A stretch of DNA of 64,000 nt, taken from NCBI GenBank assembly GCA_043754455.1, contig JAYUUT010000110.1:10588-74587 (forward strand). The letters are read 5' to 3'. The notes under the pieces were generated by a model that was given only the letters and a program-made list of their open reading frames with translations, was not told the origin of the DNA and ran no database searches. How positions within the stretch are numbered: the stretch's first letter is position 1; each line of letters begins with the position of its first letter. The position numbers were made by a program, and so were the translations under genes. This DNA is from Myxococcales bacterium (GTDB lineage Bacteria > Myxococcota_A > Polyangia > Fen-1088). Of the stretch, positions 40,270 to 51,244 are shown in pieces.

Positions 40270-42393
40270 TCAGCGGCGTGAGCCCTGGACCCTTGGCGTT
40301 AGCCCCGGACGGGATTTGGCGGGTGTCGAAGGTTTTGCCGCGGTCGCAGATTTTTTCGGCAAGGACGGCGGCGGCGACATTCTGCGCAGCGTGGACAGTG
40401 GTGGCAGGCCACGCGCGGCTATCGGCATTGATGGCCTTCTTGTGGATGCCGGGGAGGCGATGACCGGGCGACGGGACGACGTCGCCCGGTTGGCCGCCAC
40501 TTCTTTAGGCAGGATAGCGGTCGGCGAATACACCACGACCGTCTGACCGGGCCCCAGTTCGGTATTGGCCGACACACGGTTAATACGCGCCAGATCCGCC
40601 GGTTCCATGCCATAGCGCCGCGCGATCTTGGCCAAGGTGTCGCCGGTCCGGGCGGTGTAGGACAGCCGGGTTTTCCCACGGCGGGCCACTTCCAGCGCAT
40701 GAAATTCTTCCGAGCCCAGCGTCACCACCCGGACCTTGTCGGGGTCCAGCAGCAACACGCCCGACCGGTCGAAGCCCTTCTTCACGAAAAGCTGCAGCAC
40801 CAACTTCCCCTGCAACTTCGCGCCCGGATCCAGATTGTTCCATTGCACCACTTCATCCACCGGCAACGCAAAAGCGTCGGCAATTTCCTCCAACGTATCC
40901 CCGTCCCTTGCGCGATAGAACACCTGTTCACGATCCGCATAGACCATCGTGCGCTCGGGCACTGCAACTAGGGTCGCTTCCACATCTTCCGGCGCCAAGG
41001 CCGACGGTGCCGCTCCCATGGCGGCCGGCACCACGATGGTCGTACCGCCCCGCAAGTCGGCCGTGTCCTTCAATCCATTGAGCCTACGCAATTCCTTAAC
41101 CGCGACCCCACGGGCCCGCGCCACGTCGTCCAGGGTTTCCCCAAAACGCAACACCTGCGTAAGAGGGCGATCGGCCAATCCCCGCTGCAAACCTGCAGAC
41201 GCCGCGCCCGCACCACCTGGAGGCACCCGCACCACCTGGGGGCCCTTGTCAGGCGGGGTCCGCTGGCGCAGCAGCGCTGGGTTCAGGTCTGCCAGCGCCT
41301 CAATGGTCGTCCCCGCCGCCTGCGATAGGGCCAAGAGCGTCGTTCCGGGCTTCACTTCCACACGGTCAAATTCAACGGGGGGATCTGGAATCACGTCATC
41401 GAAGCCAAACGCCTCTCGGTTTCTCCCGATAATTGCCGCCGCGAGAATCTTGGGCACGTAGGTCGTTGTTTCCCAGGGAAGCCCCGCTTCGTGCTTACAC
41501 AATTCCCAGTAGTCGTTGGTATTGAACCGGCTGATGGATCGCAGAATCGCCCCATATCCTGCATGAAACGCCGCAAACGCCAGATGCCAGGATCCAAACC
41601 GCTTGTGCAGATCGCCCAAATATTTTGCCGCCGCCTCGGTCGCACGTTCAGGATCCTGGCGCGCGTCGGTCCAGTAGTCGACGTCTAGGCCATACCCACG
41701 CGCGACCCCCGGCATGAACTGCCAGAACCCTCCGGCTGCCTTGTTCGACAGGGCCTTGGCCTGAAATCCGCTTTCCATCATCGCGACGAAAATCAGATCT
41801 TTGGGTGCCCCTCGTTCGGTCAGAATCCGTTCAAACAGGGACTGATATCGCCCCATCCGTTTCATCAAACTGGCCAAAGTTGCGCGGCCCTTGGGATCAT
41901 TTTTGAAATAGTCTAAAAACCGCAACACCGAAGCCTCCCAGCGAATCGGAAGGTCGGGCATCTTCAACGATCGCAAGAAGGCCGAATCCGGGAGGGCCGT
42001 TTTGCTACGAGGCTTTGCCTGACCGGGCGATTTCAGCTCGCCCGGGATGTCCCCTGTCCCCGACCACAAGCCGCGCAAACCAGGAGGCAAGGCACCCCCT
42101 TCTGCGTCAGCGTCGGCCTGCACAACGGGAGGCTCGTAGGCACGGGGAAAAGCCGCTTCTTCAAAACGCCGCACCTCCCGCAGCTCGTCGCTTTCGGTCT
42201 GATTCGGTTCAACCGCGCTGCCGCGAACCGCCCGGCGTTCGGCTGCGGTTCGTTCTGAAGAAGGTGGGGGTCCTTGATCCGATTTGCCCTTGGGGGCAGG
42301 GGCTGCACGCGCTGGAAGAACGGTGCCCAAGAACAGGGCAACCATCAAAGATCTGTGGATTCCCAACGCCATTGCCCCCTGTATCCTAGTCAA
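40270..42393 (-). CDS. MltD-like membrane-bound lytic murein transglycosylase with three LysM domains
   Basis: Signal peptide. SLT domain 'LIFVAMMESGFQAKALSNKAAGGFWQFMP'. Three LysM repeats ('...TLLALSQAAGTTIEALADLNPAL', '...DTLEEIADAFALPVDEVVQWNNL', '...DTLAKIARRYGMEPADLARINRV'). Confidence 0.8.
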   Translation of the reverse strand: MTRIQGAMALGIHRSLMVALFLGTVLPARAAPAPKGKSDQGPPPSSERTAAERRAVRGSAVEPNQTESDELREVRRFEEAAFPRAYEPPVVQADADAEGGALPPGLRGLWSGTGDIPGELKSPGQAKPRSKTALPDSAFLRSLKMPDLPIRWEASVLRFLDYFKNDPKGRATLASLMKRMGRYQSLFERILTERGAPKDLIFVAMMESGFQAKALSNKAAGGFWQFMPGVARGYGLDVDYWTDARQDPERATEAAAKYLGDLHKRFGSWHLAFAAFHAGYGAILRSISRFNTNDYWELCKHEAGLPWETTTYVPKILAAAIIGRNREAFGFDDVIPDPPVEFDRVEVKPGTTLLALSQAAGTTIEALADLNPALLRQRTPPDKGPQVVRVPPGGAGAASAGLQRGLADRPLTQVLRFGETLDDVARARGVAVKELRRLNGLKDTADLRGGTTIVVPAAMGAAPSALAPEDVEATLVAVPERTMVYADREQVFYRARDGDTLEEIADAFALPVDEVVQWNNLDPGAKLQGKLVLQLFVKKGFDRSGVLLLDPDKVRVVTLGSEEFHALEVARRGKTRLSYTARTGDTLAKIARRYGMEPADLARINRVSANTELGPGQTVVVYSPTAILPKEVAANRATSSRRPVIASPASTRRPSMPIAARGLPPLSTLRRMSPPPSLPKKSATAAKPSTPAKSRPGLTPRVQGSRR

Positions 42394-42458
42394 TTGCCGT
42401 CACACCTCAAAAAAACCTCTGGTTTCGCCTCCTTCTGTTGGTTCTATTGGCCCCGTCC

Positions 42459-42488
42459 TTGGCCAGCCCCTGCCCCGCATGCTATAGA
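42459..42488 (+). promoter_or_regulatory. Putative sigma70-like promoter for tatA
   Basis: 'TTGGCC' – 18 nt – 'TATAGA' located 20-50 nt upstream of the tatA RBS (aggagg). Confidence 0.35.
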
Positions 42489-42506
42489 ACCGCGTAGGAG
42501 GGTCAG

Positions 42507-42746
42507 ATGCCCAGTCTTGGAATGCCCGAACTCATCGTAATCTTGGTTATCGTCGTTGTCGTATTCGGGTCGACCAAACTGCCTCAGTTAGGCGACGGCC
42601 TGGGCCGCGCCATCAAGAATTTCAAACGCGCCGTTAATACCGGTGGCGAGATCGACGTCACCCCAAAGAAGGAACTGAAGGGTGACGAAGTGGCGGGCGC
42701 CACGGACAAGACCGCCGAGAAAACCGGCACTACGAAATCTTCCTAG
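42507..42746 (+). CDS. tatA: Twin-arginine translocase subunit TatA/E
   Basis: '[42 protein letters not shown]' is the TatA TM plus amphipathic helix with the conserved 'FG..KLP' motif. Confidence 0.9.
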   Translation: MPSLGMPELIVILVIVVVVFGSTKLPQLGDGLGRAIKNFKRAVNTGGEIDVTPKKELKGDEVAGATDKTAEKTGTTKSS

Positions 42747-42933
42747 TCCGCACGGGTCATTTTTCGAGGCCTCCGCAGAAATCCACATCGGATTTCGGGG
42801 TTTTCACTGGTTGAGGTCATGTGCGCCAGCGTTCCGCGCATCACGTTGGCGCATGGTGCGAACCCATGTTATCTTCCATCCTAGGGCGTCACTAAGACCG
42901 TAACGCCCTATTACATAAGGGGGCACGAAACTC

Positions 42934-43188
42934 ATGTCGCGTACAATCAAGCGTTACTCAAACCGGAAGCTTTACGACACCACGGATAGCCGATACGTCA
43001 CCTTGCAGCAGATTGCAGGGTTGATCCGAAATGGCGATGAAATCCGCGTGATCGACAAGAACACGCAGCAAGATCTGACCGCCGCCACAATGGCGCAGAT
43101 CATCTTTGAAGAAGAGAAGCGCGGCCCCCGCCTTCCGGTCGAAGGGTTGCGGCGCATTATCCGCAACGGCTTGCAGACCCAGGCCTAA
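42934..43188 (+). CDS. PhaR-like (PHB/PHA accumulation regulator) DNA-binding domain protein, short form
   Basis: '[23 protein letters not shown]' matches the PHB_acc_N signature ('IKKY.NRRLYDT..S.YVTL'). Only 84 aa, so it lacks the C-terminal PhaR domain. Confidence 0.6.
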   Translation: MSRTIKRYSNRKLYDTTDSRYVTLQQIAGLIRNGDEIRVIDKNTQQDLTAATMAQIIFEEEKRGPRLPVEGLRRIIRNGLQTQA

Positions 43189-43272
43189 CCGTTCCGGGGC
43201 CCCCCGCCGCCGTCATGCCCGCACCTCCCGGGAAGGAAATGCGGGAATCGACGGCGGTGAGGCGGATGGCTG

Positions 43273-44358
43273 TTAAAAATCGAATCCGCCACTGAGGGAC
43301 AGGCTGTCTTGGCGACCGCTTCCATCCCGAGGCCCGTTGGGGCGCTTCCCATCGCGGCTGCTGCCCGCAGGAACTGTTTCCAGTGATGCCGCCAGGAATA
43401 CGGTGGCAAACTTCAGTTTTGTGCCCGCGAAATAGCGCTGCCGGGTGATGACGTCCTGTTCGGGGAAGCTAAAATTGGCGCGCTGATCGTTGTCAGTGCC
43501 ACGCTGGGCGTTTGCGCACGATCCACCAACGTTCGTGTTGGGGCCCGCCTGGCGAACCGATTCGGCATCACACGCGGGCGTCAGATCGAACACGCCGCTT
43601 GATGCATTGATAAACAAAAAACTGGTCCCGGCGAATAGTTCCATCCGAAACGTACCCCGCACGCCGAAACCTTTGGACGCGATCAAATCCAACGACGTGA
43701 CGGTCATGCGAATTTGGTCAGTGCCTGTTAGATAGGCAACCGCACCACGAACGGCAAACGATGGCAGCGGCCAACCGTGAAACCCTTCGTGCACTGCCAA
43801 TTTTGCGTAGCCCTGCCACGATACCAACTGCGATTCCAAAACGTTGACCGCCCCGGCGCCAAATTCGAAGGCAGGCAGGCCCAGCCAAATGCCCTTGCGC
43901 ACAAAAGCCCCCAGCGTTGTCAGCGAGCCTGATGGCCGCTTCGCATTCGGATTTTCGATGGCAACGCCCTGGACACCATTCCAGTACGAGGCCCGATTGG
44001 AAATGCCGGTGACCCCCAGTTCACCCGAAATCTGAAATCCGGCGAACCCCAACGTGTCAGCAGGCATCACCAATCGTGGGGCCGCCACGACGCCCAATTC
44101 GGACATGAGGCTGCGAAACCGTTCGGTAGCCGCACCATCGGGTGTCACCTCGGTAATCAGCCCGGACCCCGGCTGGCGGCGCACCCAGGAGCATTCAGGA
44201 ACCTGCGCGTTAAGCTGACCGGACGGTGCCGCGCGCTGGTCGCAAAGATTCAGCAGGAACGGATCATGCCGCCCGGCACACGCCACGCGAGATCCTGACG
44301 CCGAGACGGCTAGCGCCAGCGTGCCAATCAAGATCCGGTTAAGGCCGCGTCCCACCAT
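43273..44358 (-). CDS. Hypothetical outer-membrane beta-barrel protein
   Basis: Signal peptide 'LIGTLALAVSASG'. Beta-strand-rich sequence with a C-terminal aromatic 'SLSGGFDF' typical of OMP insertion signals. Confidence 0.5.
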   Translation of the reverse strand: MVGRGLNRILIGTLALAVSASGSRVACAGRHDPFLLNLCDQRAAPSGQLNAQVPECSWVRRQPGSGLITEVTPDGAATERFRSLMSELGVVAAPRLVMPADTLGFAGFQISGELGVTGISNRASYWNGVQGVAIENPNAKRPSGSLTTLGAFVRKGIWLGLPAFEFGAGAVNVLESQLVSWQGYAKLAVHEGFHGWPLPSFAVRGAVAYLTGTDQIRMTVTSLDLIASKGFGVRGTFRMELFAGTSFLFINASSGVFDLTPACDAESVRQAGPNTNVGGSCANAQRGTDNDQRANFSFPEQDVITRQRYFAGTKLKFATVFLAASLETVPAGSSRDGKRPNGPRDGSGRQDSLSLSGGFDF

Positions 44359-44476
44359 TGCCCCTGGACGCTACGGGCGCGGCCTTACACCTGTCAAGCT
44401 GTGCAAGCCAAGGTCGATCCAGATTCAGCAATATGCTCACTCCCTTGGCCCTTACACACCTGGGCCTATAATGACC

Positions 44477-44506
44477 TACATGAACACGACCTACATGAAC
44501 ACAAGG
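44477..44506. repeat. Perfect 15-bp tandem duplication at the 3' flank of the methyltransferase islet
   Basis: 'gacctacatgaacac' x2 in the intergenic region, ~100 nt downstream of the MTase stop. Confidence 0.7.
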
Positions 44507-44602
44507 GCGACAGGGATAGGAAACATATCGTTCGGCCTGGGGGCCATTCCGGTGAAACGCTGGCCGAGGTGATGCGCACCAAGGGAAGGTGACCATAAGT
44601 TT

Positions 44603-46519
44603 TCAATGGGCAATGTCTTTGAGGGAAACTTGGGTGCAACTTTCAACGTGCTTTCGGTGACTTGCGTTCAGCGCGAAAGCTTCCATCACCAAGGCATTTA
44701 TTTCCCGGTATGCCGAAACCCCAGATGGGGGGTCACGCAAGATGATGTCCACCAGCCGAGAGAGTTCTTGGTCAGTCGTATTTGAGATTCGGGGGAAGGG
44801 CATTTTTTCAACATCGCCCTTCAACACCTTGATCGCTTGGAATCGCCTCGCAAAAACAAATTGAAAAAGCTGGGAATTTAGGAACGCCAGCACGCTTTTT
44901 ATGGAATAGCCCTCCAGATTCGGGATCAGCACATTCGCGCTGTTTAGGACGAGCGTCTGCTTGTCGTCATACGCGAAGATCAGTTCATCCGAAATGAAGC
45001 GATACACCAACTTTTCCGCAGCCCGGTATTTCCAAGTTGGAGCCACTTGCTGGAAGGCTTCGGGTTGGAACCTAATGTATTTGGCGGGTTTGTCCGCAAC
45101 AAATCGACACAAGTCCTTTCCGAGCCAAAGAGGCTCCGTCTCATCATCAGGACTATCGAGAACAAAGCGCGAATTGTTTCCAGTTACGATACCAAGAGCC
45201 CACTCTGCGTTCCCGCGGAGCGTTAAGTGCTCCGAAGAAAACACAGCATCGATCACTTCTCGCTCCTCATGACTCGAACGAATATCGAAAATGTAATCCT
45301 CGCCTTTAAGGACACTCTCTTGAAGAACACTGACTTCGGAAACGCCATGACGGGCGATGAAAGTTGTGCTCTGCGAATGGCGGGACTTGAAAGCATCAAC
45401 TCTCACGACCTTGGAAAAGACGTTTTGAAATACTCGGCCCAAGTTACTTACTGAATCGAGTGTTGCGTTCTCGAGCAAAACCCGTCGGAGATTGCGGTGA
45501 GTCTTGATGTTCAAGAAGGCTTCGGGCAGTAGGATGGACAGGCCCCCCCCATTTTTAAGCAGTCTCAGACCAGCCAAAACGAAGAAGGAAAACGAATCGG
45601 AGACGTCAGCATGGAAGCGAGTCCTGAGAGACACCAATTCCTGCGTCGACAAATGACCGCCCCACGGAGGGTTTGTGGCGACCACGTCGAACCGACCGCC
45701 TGCGTCTAATAGTCCGTTTTCATGGTGGATGTTCGGCGTAAACTCGTGATGCGGGTAGCTCAGAAGGAGATTTATCCGCGCAATTCGAACCGCAATCTCG
45801 TCAATATCATACCCCCATACCGCCCTAGGTTCTGTGATGATGCGCGATGCTTTAACTAGGAAAATCCCGGTACCGCAGCATGGGTCTATAAACATTGAGT
45901 CTGGCCGTGTGTGCAGTCGAACCATCGATTCGGCAATCGAGGCTGGTGTGTAATACGAACCAAAGCTCGATTTTGTGCCTTCAGCCAAAAGTGATTGATA
46001 GAGCAATCCCAGAAAATCCGGGTGCGTTTCGGAAATAATCAGCTGGGGCAGAGAATGGAGTGCTGCTGGCTCGTCTCTCCACCAGTCCAGTTCGGCTTCG
46101 ATACTGGGCCGGGGATCCTTTCCTGCGAACATCTGGATCACTACCAGCTTTAGAAACGTCTTAAGACTGGCACCAGAAGCACGGAAATAATGAACGCATC
46201 GTTCGATCTCTTGGATGAGTGGCTTGGAAGCGAGATACTCCTGGGGTACGAAGGTTTCGCAACTCGCCCTTTTGTTTGCGCGCGTTCGGAGCCGGCCACT
46301 CCCGCCACTGCTAATTGAGTCTTTTAGACTGTTAAGCTGCTGCGTGTGAAAGACCATATCGCCGCTTTGGGTGGGCTGAACCGTCAGAACTCCACTTTTG
46401 ACCCAGTTTCTCGCCGTAGCCGTTGAGATTCCAAGGCGTTCGCTCGCGGTCTTAAGGTCGAGCAGTTCGTCCTGAGAGTCTAAAAATGGCAGAGATGTTT
46501 GAATGGTCTGCTTCATCAT
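44603..46519 (-). CDS. Gamma-class N6-adenine DNA methyltransferase (Eco57I/TaqI-like) with an N-terminal HTH_17-type domain and a C-terminal target-recognition domain; no cognate endonuclease nearby
   Basis: HTH 'LKTASERLGISTATARNWVKSGVL'. Motif I 'FIDPCCGTGIFL'. Motif IV 'NPPWGG'. 'GSYYTP' and 'GYDID' blocks are typical of the Eco57I-like N6 MTase family. Local base composition is visibly lower GC than the flanking genes. Confidence 0.8.
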   Translation of the reverse strand: MMKQTIQTSLPFLDSQDELLDLKTASERLGISTATARNWVKSGVLTVQPTQSGDMVFHTQQLNSLKDSISSGGSGRLRTRANKRASCETFVPQEYLASKPLIQEIERCVHYFRASGASLKTFLKLVVIQMFAGKDPRPSIEAELDWWRDEPAALHSLPQLIISETHPDFLGLLYQSLLAEGTKSSFGSYYTPASIAESMVRLHTRPDSMFIDPCCGTGIFLVKASRIITEPRAVWGYDIDEIAVRIARINLLLSYPHHEFTPNIHHENGLLDAGGRFDVVATNPPWGGHLSTQELVSLRTRFHADVSDSFSFFVLAGLRLLKNGGGLSILLPEAFLNIKTHRNLRRVLLENATLDSVSNLGRVFQNVFSKVVRVDAFKSRHSQSTTFIARHGVSEVSVLQESVLKGEDYIFDIRSSHEEREVIDAVFSSEHLTLRGNAEWALGIVTGNNSRFVLDSPDDETEPLWLGKDLCRFVADKPAKYIRFQPEAFQQVAPTWKYRAAEKLVYRFISDELIFAYDDKQTLVLNSANVLIPNLEGYSIKSVLAFLNSQLFQFVFARRFQAIKVLKGDVEKMPFPRISNTTDQELSRLVDIILRDPPSGVSAYREINALVMEAFALNASHRKHVESCTQVSLKDIAH

Positions 46520-46564
46520 GCCGCCAAACGCTGAGTTGAGCCCTGTTCAATCCTTGCGTGCGCC

Positions 46565-47797
46565 CTAGGCCGGGAGTTTTTCCTGGATGCGGCCGATGGC
46601 TTCTTCGACGTTTTGGCGAAGGCCGAATGCGGACAGGCGGAAGTAACCTTCACCACAAGATCCGAAGCCGGATCCGGGGGTGCCGACGACGTGGGCTTCG
46701 GTCAGCAATTTATCGAAGAACTGCCACGAGGTTTGCCCAGGCGGGATCTTGAGCCAGCTATAGGGTGCATTCACGCCGCCGTAGACCGTGTAGCCCGCTT
46801 TTCCCAGGCCTTCGCGGATCAGGCGGGCGTTTTCCATGTAGTACGCGACATTGGCCTGCACCGCGGCCTTCCCTTCTGGGGAAAACACGGCTGCTGCCGC
46901 TTTTTGGATAGGGTACGACACACCGTTGAACTTGGTGGTATGGCGACGGTTCCACAGGGCGTGTAGCAGCACCTTGTCGCCGGATTCGGTTTTCGCCGCC
47001 AATTCTTTGGGCACCACCGTATAGGCACAGCGCGTACCTGTGAATCCCGCCGTTTTGGACAGGCTGCGAAATTCGATAGCGACCTCGCGGGCGCCGGGAA
47101 TCTCGTAAATGCTGCGGGGCAGGCCGGGCTCCCGGATGAAGGCCTCGTAGGCGGCATCGAAGAGAATGATGGCGTCGTTTTTCTTGGCCCAATCCACCCA
47201 CCGCCCTAGGGCCGCACGCGACATCACAGCGCCTGTCGGGTTGTTGGGAGAACACAGATAGACCAGATCCACACGTTTGTCCGGAAGCGCGGGTTCGAAG
47301 CCATTTTCGGCGGTGGTGGGTAAATAGACGAGGCCTGCGAACCGTCCCTGGGCATCAACCGATCCGGTGCGGCCCGCCATCACATTGGTGTCGACATAGA
47401 CCGGATAGACGGGGTCGGTGACGGCGACCACACTGTCGGTGGCGAAGATTTCCTGGATATTGGCCGTGTCGCATTTGGACCCGTCCGAAACGAAAATCTC
47501 GTCGGCGGCAACATCCGCTCCGGCGGCGCGGTAGTCGGCCGCAATGGCATTCAGCAGAAAATCGTAGCCCTGTTCGGGGCCATAGCCACGAAAGCTGTCC
47601 GGTCGGGCCATTTCGTCTGCGGCGGTTTTCAAGGCCTCGACGATGGGGGTGGGCAGCGGCAACACCACATCGCCAATGCCCAAACGGATCACCTTCGCGG
47701 TCGGGTTAGCGGCGCAAAACGTCCGCACCCGCTTGCCGATTTCGGGAAACAGATACCCTGCTTGAAGCTTCTGATAATTCGCGTTGATCCTGGCCAT
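46565..47797 (-). CDS. dapL: LL-diaminopimelate aminotransferase
   Basis: Start at the internal ATG giving '[24 protein letters not shown]', the characteristic DapL N-terminus. PLP-lysine region '[10 protein letters not shown]'. Confidence 0.8.
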   Translation of the reverse strand: MARINANYQKLQAGYLFPEIGKRVRTFCAANPTAKVIRLGIGDVVLPLPTPIVEALKTAADEMARPDSFRGYGPEQGYDFLLNAIAADYRAAGADVAADEIFVSDGSKCDTANIQEIFATDSVVAVTDPVYPVYVDTNVMAGRTGSVDAQGRFAGLVYLPTTAENGFEPALPDKRVDLVYLCSPNNPTGAVMSRAALGRWVDWAKKNDAIILFDAAYEAFIREPGLPRSIYEIPGAREVAIEFRSLSKTAGFTGTRCAYTVVPKELAAKTESGDKVLLHALWNRRHTTKFNGVSYPIQKAAAAVFSPEGKAAVQANVAYYMENARLIREGLGKAGYTVYGGVNAPYSWLKIPPGQTSWQFFDKLLTEAHVVGTPGSGFGSCGEGYFRLSAFGLRQNVEEAIGRIQEKLPA

Positions 47798-47829
47798 GGT
47801 CGCGGTTCCATAGCACGCGGGCATAGCCC

Positions 47830-49326
47830 TTAAAAACGGCTGCTGTACGCGAAAGATCCACCCCCAGGGGCGGCCGAAAACAGAAACGATTCTGTGCTGC
47901 TGTTCCGGTATTCGGGGATGGCCAGCAACACCGCACCGGTGACCATCGTCATGCCACCTGCAAACAGGCCTGCACCCCCCCAAAATTTGTAATTGCCTGC
48001 CTGCCGCCGCAGCCGCTGCGACAGATCGAAATCATCCCGGCTGGCTTCGCTTTGGGACAGTTTGCTGTCGGATTTGACGCTGGCCCAGATCCCCGCGGTC
48101 AGGGTGACAGCCCCCGCGCCGATCAAACACCACGCAGGCACGTCTGTGTACCAGGGGTCGATCTGCGAATCGGGATCGACAACCTGGGGGGCCGCCGCCA
48201 CCAAATCGTCCGCCAAGGAGGCCGCGCCGGGTCGCACGACCCCCGGATTTTCTTTGCCTGTCGCTAGATAGTTGCCTAGCAATTTGGCCTTTTCCGTTTC
48301 CAGCCGAACAGCGCCCACGCGGTTCGAAAATCCTGACCTCAAATAGACCTGTCCTTTCATGAAATCCGAACCCTTCAGTTCGCCCACCGAAACCAGCACG
48401 ATCGCTTCGGCATCAAATCGTTCGGCCAGTCGCCGGACATAACTTTCTTCAAGCTGTTTTCTTTCTGCGGTGGAGGCAAACCGGATACGTGCCCCACCCT
48501 CAGCCTGGAAAATGCGTTCGAATTCGGCGTCTAGCAGTTCCTGGCGCGCGGATTCATCAGGACGAAGACCGACACGTTTGACGAAAGACAACGCGGGCTT
48601 GGAACTGGGATCTGACGCTGCGGCGGCGGCTTCACAGCGGGCCTGCGCGTGGTATGTGGTGCCAGGAAGAACGGCAATGTCCACGGGGGACTTCCCCACG
48701 GGTAACCCGCCGACCAAGACCTCACAGGCCTCTGGCCGGGTTTTGAAGGTCAATTTCCCACCAAGACCGGGATTCGGCGTTGCAAGCAACGCCCGCGCTT
48801 CGGGGGAAATTTTCTCGTCCTCGGCGGCCTTGCGCCCGGGGAACAAAAGTCCGGTTTCTTCTGCCACCTTCTTAGCCTTGTCGCCCTCGTTGGCCAAAAC
48901 CAGGGCCGTGACCCAAAGGGCGCTGGCCCGATACCCTAAGGCCTCACCTTTGTCACCCAACGGGGCGGTTTTGCGGGCTGCCAGTATTTCGTCCCGTGCG
49001 GCTTCAAAAATCGAGGCTGCGTCGGCCGCTGCGCCGTTCATTTTGGCGACGGCTTCTTCGATCTTGACGGTTAGGGTGACCATGGCTTCGGGCGAAAGGG
49101 CGACGGCGTCCGCTAACCAGGCCTGTAACCCCGCGCCTTCGGCCACGGTCCATTGGCGGTTCGCCCGCAACCCTTCGGCCAGCGCCTGTACCAAGTTCGA
49201 CGCTGGATCCGGGGCATTGCCCAGAACCACCGGCAGCACAACCACCCGACCCGCGGCGCCCGCCGTCCCTACCAACAGCAGCTGCCCCACCAAGAACAAC
49301 CCAGACAGATTCGACGTGCGTTTCAT
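47830..49326 (-). CDS. Hypothetical secreted/membrane protein, possibly with a PEGA-like domain and two C-terminal TM helices
   Basis: Signal peptide. '[19 protein letters not shown]' resembles PEGA. Hydrophobic '[16 protein letters not shown]' and '[20 protein letters not shown]' near the C-terminus. Confidence 0.45.
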   Translation of the reverse strand: MKRTSNLSGLFLVGQLLLVGTAGAAGRVVVLPVVLGNAPDPASNLVQALAEGLRANRQWTVAEGAGLQAWLADAVALSPEAMVTLTVKIEEAVAKMNGAAADAASIFEAARDEILAARKTAPLGDKGEALGYRASALWVTALVLANEGDKAKKVAEETGLLFPGRKAAEDEKISPEARALLATPNPGLGGKLTFKTRPEACEVLVGGLPVGKSPVDIAVLPGTTYHAQARCEAAAAASDPSSKPALSFVKRVGLRPDESARQELLDAEFERIFQAEGGARIRFASTAERKQLEESYVRRLAERFDAEAIVLVSVGELKGSDFMKGQVYLRSGFSNRVGAVRLETEKAKLLGNYLATGKENPGVVRPGAASLADDLVAAAPQVVDPDSQIDPWYTDVPAWCLIGAGAVTLTAGIWASVKSDSKLSQSEASRDDFDLSQRLRRQAGNYKFWGGAGLFAGGMTMVTGAVLLAIPEYRNSSTESFLFSAAPGGGSFAYSSRF

Positions 49327-49375
49327 ACGGCCCTCCAGGACTGAAACAGCAGCATAGCGCGCCGTTAGGCACAGG

Positions 49376-49885
49376 CTAGTTCCGGGCGAAGGACGTCAAA
49401 ATCCGCACGCCACCTTGCAGGGTCTGGAACACGACACAGTACCGTTCGACCAGCGACAATAATTTGGTCACTTGGTCGTCGGCCGCGCTGGTCTGCAGTA
49501 CAAAATGGACGCGCATTTCCGGCAATCCGACGGGGGTTTCGCGATCGACGCCCAGAGTGCCACGCACATCCAAATCGCCGTGCACCTCGACGGCGGCTTT
49601 TTCCAGCGTGATCCCAAGCGCTGTCGCAACGGCCCCTAGGGTCAAGGCCGCACAACCTGCTAATGATTCCAGCAAGGCGTCGGTTGGGCAACGCCCGCGC
49701 CCGTCGCCACCTGTAGCGGGATGAAGGCCAAACGGGGCCGGTCTGGGCGGAGGATCAAGGTGCCCCAAGATCGCGGCCTGATCCAGCACCACGCGGGCCC
49801 TAAAGGGAACCACCGCAGTGGCCTTGTCGTCTTTATATTTTGCTTTCAGCGGGGCCTGCCGAGCCCGGAGTTCATCGGCGTTCAT
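49376..49885 (-). CDS. OsmC-family protein (second copy in the window)
   Basis: OsmC fold with 'ESLAGCAALTL' and 'RYCVVFQTL' Cys-containing segments. Confidence 0.7.
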   Translation of the reverse strand: MNADELRARQAPLKAKYKDDKATAVVPFRARVVLDQAAILGHLDPPPRPAPFGLHPATGGDGRGRCPTDALLESLAGCAALTLGAVATALGITLEKAAVEVHGDLDVRGTLGVDRETPVGLPEMRVHFVLQTSAADDQVTKLLSLVERYCVVFQTLQGGVRILTSFARN

Positions 49886-49903
49886 GACGAATGGATCCTT
49901 TTG

Positions 49904-51244
49904 CTAAAGCACATATTGGGACAGATCTTCGTCCTTGAGGACCCCGTCTAACCGTTGTTGCACATACGCTGCGGTGATGACAATCGTGCGGGCGCCCAGT
50001 TCTGATGCTTCGAACGACAGTTCATCCAGCAGCCGTTCCATGATGGTGGCCAGCCGCCGCGCGCCGATGTTTTCCATGCGGGCGTTCACGTCGGCAGCGA
50101 TGGCCGCGATGGCTGCGACGGCGTCGGGCTGGAATTCAAGGGTGACCTGGTCGGCTGCCAAAAGCGCGGTGTATTGCCGGGTCAGCGCATTTTCTGGTTC
50201 AGTTAAGATGCGAACAAAATCTTCAGCCGTTAGCGCTTCTAGTTCCACGCGGATTGGGAAACGGCCCTGCAATTCGGGAATCAGATCCTTGGGCTTGGCC
50301 ACATGAAACGCACCTGCGGCAATGAACAGCACGTGGTCGGTTTTCAGTGGCCCATATTTGGTCGATACCGTTGACCCTTCAACGATGGGCAACAGATCGC
50401 GCTGCACGCCCTCGCGCGATACATCGGGCCCGCGGCCGCCGCCTTCGCGCCCGGCCACCTTGTCGATTTCATCAATGAAGATGATGCCGCTGCGTTCAGC
50501 ACGGTTCATGGCTTCTTTGGTGACAAGGTCCATATCCACCAATTTCCCGGCTTCTTCCTCCACCAGCGCCAGCAGGGCTTCGGGCACGGCCATTCGCCGC
50601 CGTTTGGGCTTGCGCGCCCCGGGCATCATGTTTTGGATATTGGCAACCATGTCTTCCATCCCCGTGCCCTGAAACATATCGGGGGGTGGCGGGGGTGAAT
50701 CGGTGGTCTCGATCTCGACGCTGCGATCGTCCAGTTTCCCTTCACGCAAAAGCCGCCGCAAACTGTCGCGCGTGGATGTGTCCGCCGCAGGTGTGGCCCC
50801 GCGCGTGGGCGGCAGCAGAGCATCAAGCAATCGTTCTTCGGCGTTGTCGCGGGCGCGGGGCCGCACCCGTTCGCGTTCTTCGGCGCGCACGAGCGCCACC
50901 GATGTTTCAGCCAGATCGCGCACCATCGAATCGACGTCGCGGCCGACGTACCCCACTTCGGTGAATTTCGACGCTTCAACTTTGATGAACGGGGCGCTAG
51001 CCAGTTTTGCCAAACGCCGCGCGATTTCGGTTTTGCCAACCCCGGTGGGCCCAATCATCATGATGTTCTTGGGTGTAATTTCATCCCGCATCGGAAGGGG
51101 CACCTGTTGTGCCCGCCAACGATTCCGCAACGCCAAGGCCACCGCGCGTTTGGCCGCACGCTGCCCGACGATGTACCTGTCCAGTTCTTCGACGATCGCC
51201 CGCGGTGTCAGGGCATCAAGACGCAGCGGCTGAGCCACGGTCAC
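49904..51244 (-). CDS. hslU: ATP-dependent protease ATPase subunit HslU
   Basis: '[12 protein letters not shown]', Walker A '[15 protein letters not shown]', the I-domain, 'IIFIDEIDK', and the C-terminal 'DLSQYVL'. Confidence 0.95.
   Translation of the reverse strand: MTVAQPLRLDALTPRAIVEELDRYIVGQRAAKRAVALALRNRWRAQQVPLPMRDEITPKNIMMIGPTGVGKTEIARRLAKLASAPFIKVEASKFTEVGYVGRDVDSMVRDLAETSVALVRAEERERVRPRARDNAEERLLDALLPPTRGATPAADTSTRDSLRRLLREGKLDDRSVEIETTDSPPPPPDMFQGTGMEDMVANIQNMMPGARKPKRRRMAVPEALLALVEEEAGKLVDMDLVTKEAMNRAERSGIIFIDEIDKVAGREGGGRGPDVSREGVQRDLLPIVEGSTVSTKYGPLKTDHVLFIAAGAFHVAKPKDLIPELQGRFPIRVELEALTAEDFVRILTEPENALTRQYTALLAADQVTLEFQPDAVAAIAAIAADVNARMENIGARRLATIMERLLDELSFEASELGARTIVITAAYVQQRLDGVLKDEDLSQYVL

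Noticed and set aside
39503-40546. 347-aa plus-strand ORF antisense to the RluA gene and the MltD gene end
   Set aside because: Antisense to conserved genes, with an Arg/Pro/Gly-rich composition and no motif. Shadow ORF.
42740-42870. Possible terminator hairpin after tatA ('gcgccagcgt...acgttggcgc')
   Set aside because: The inverted repeat is imperfect and is not followed by a T-run. Support is insufficient.
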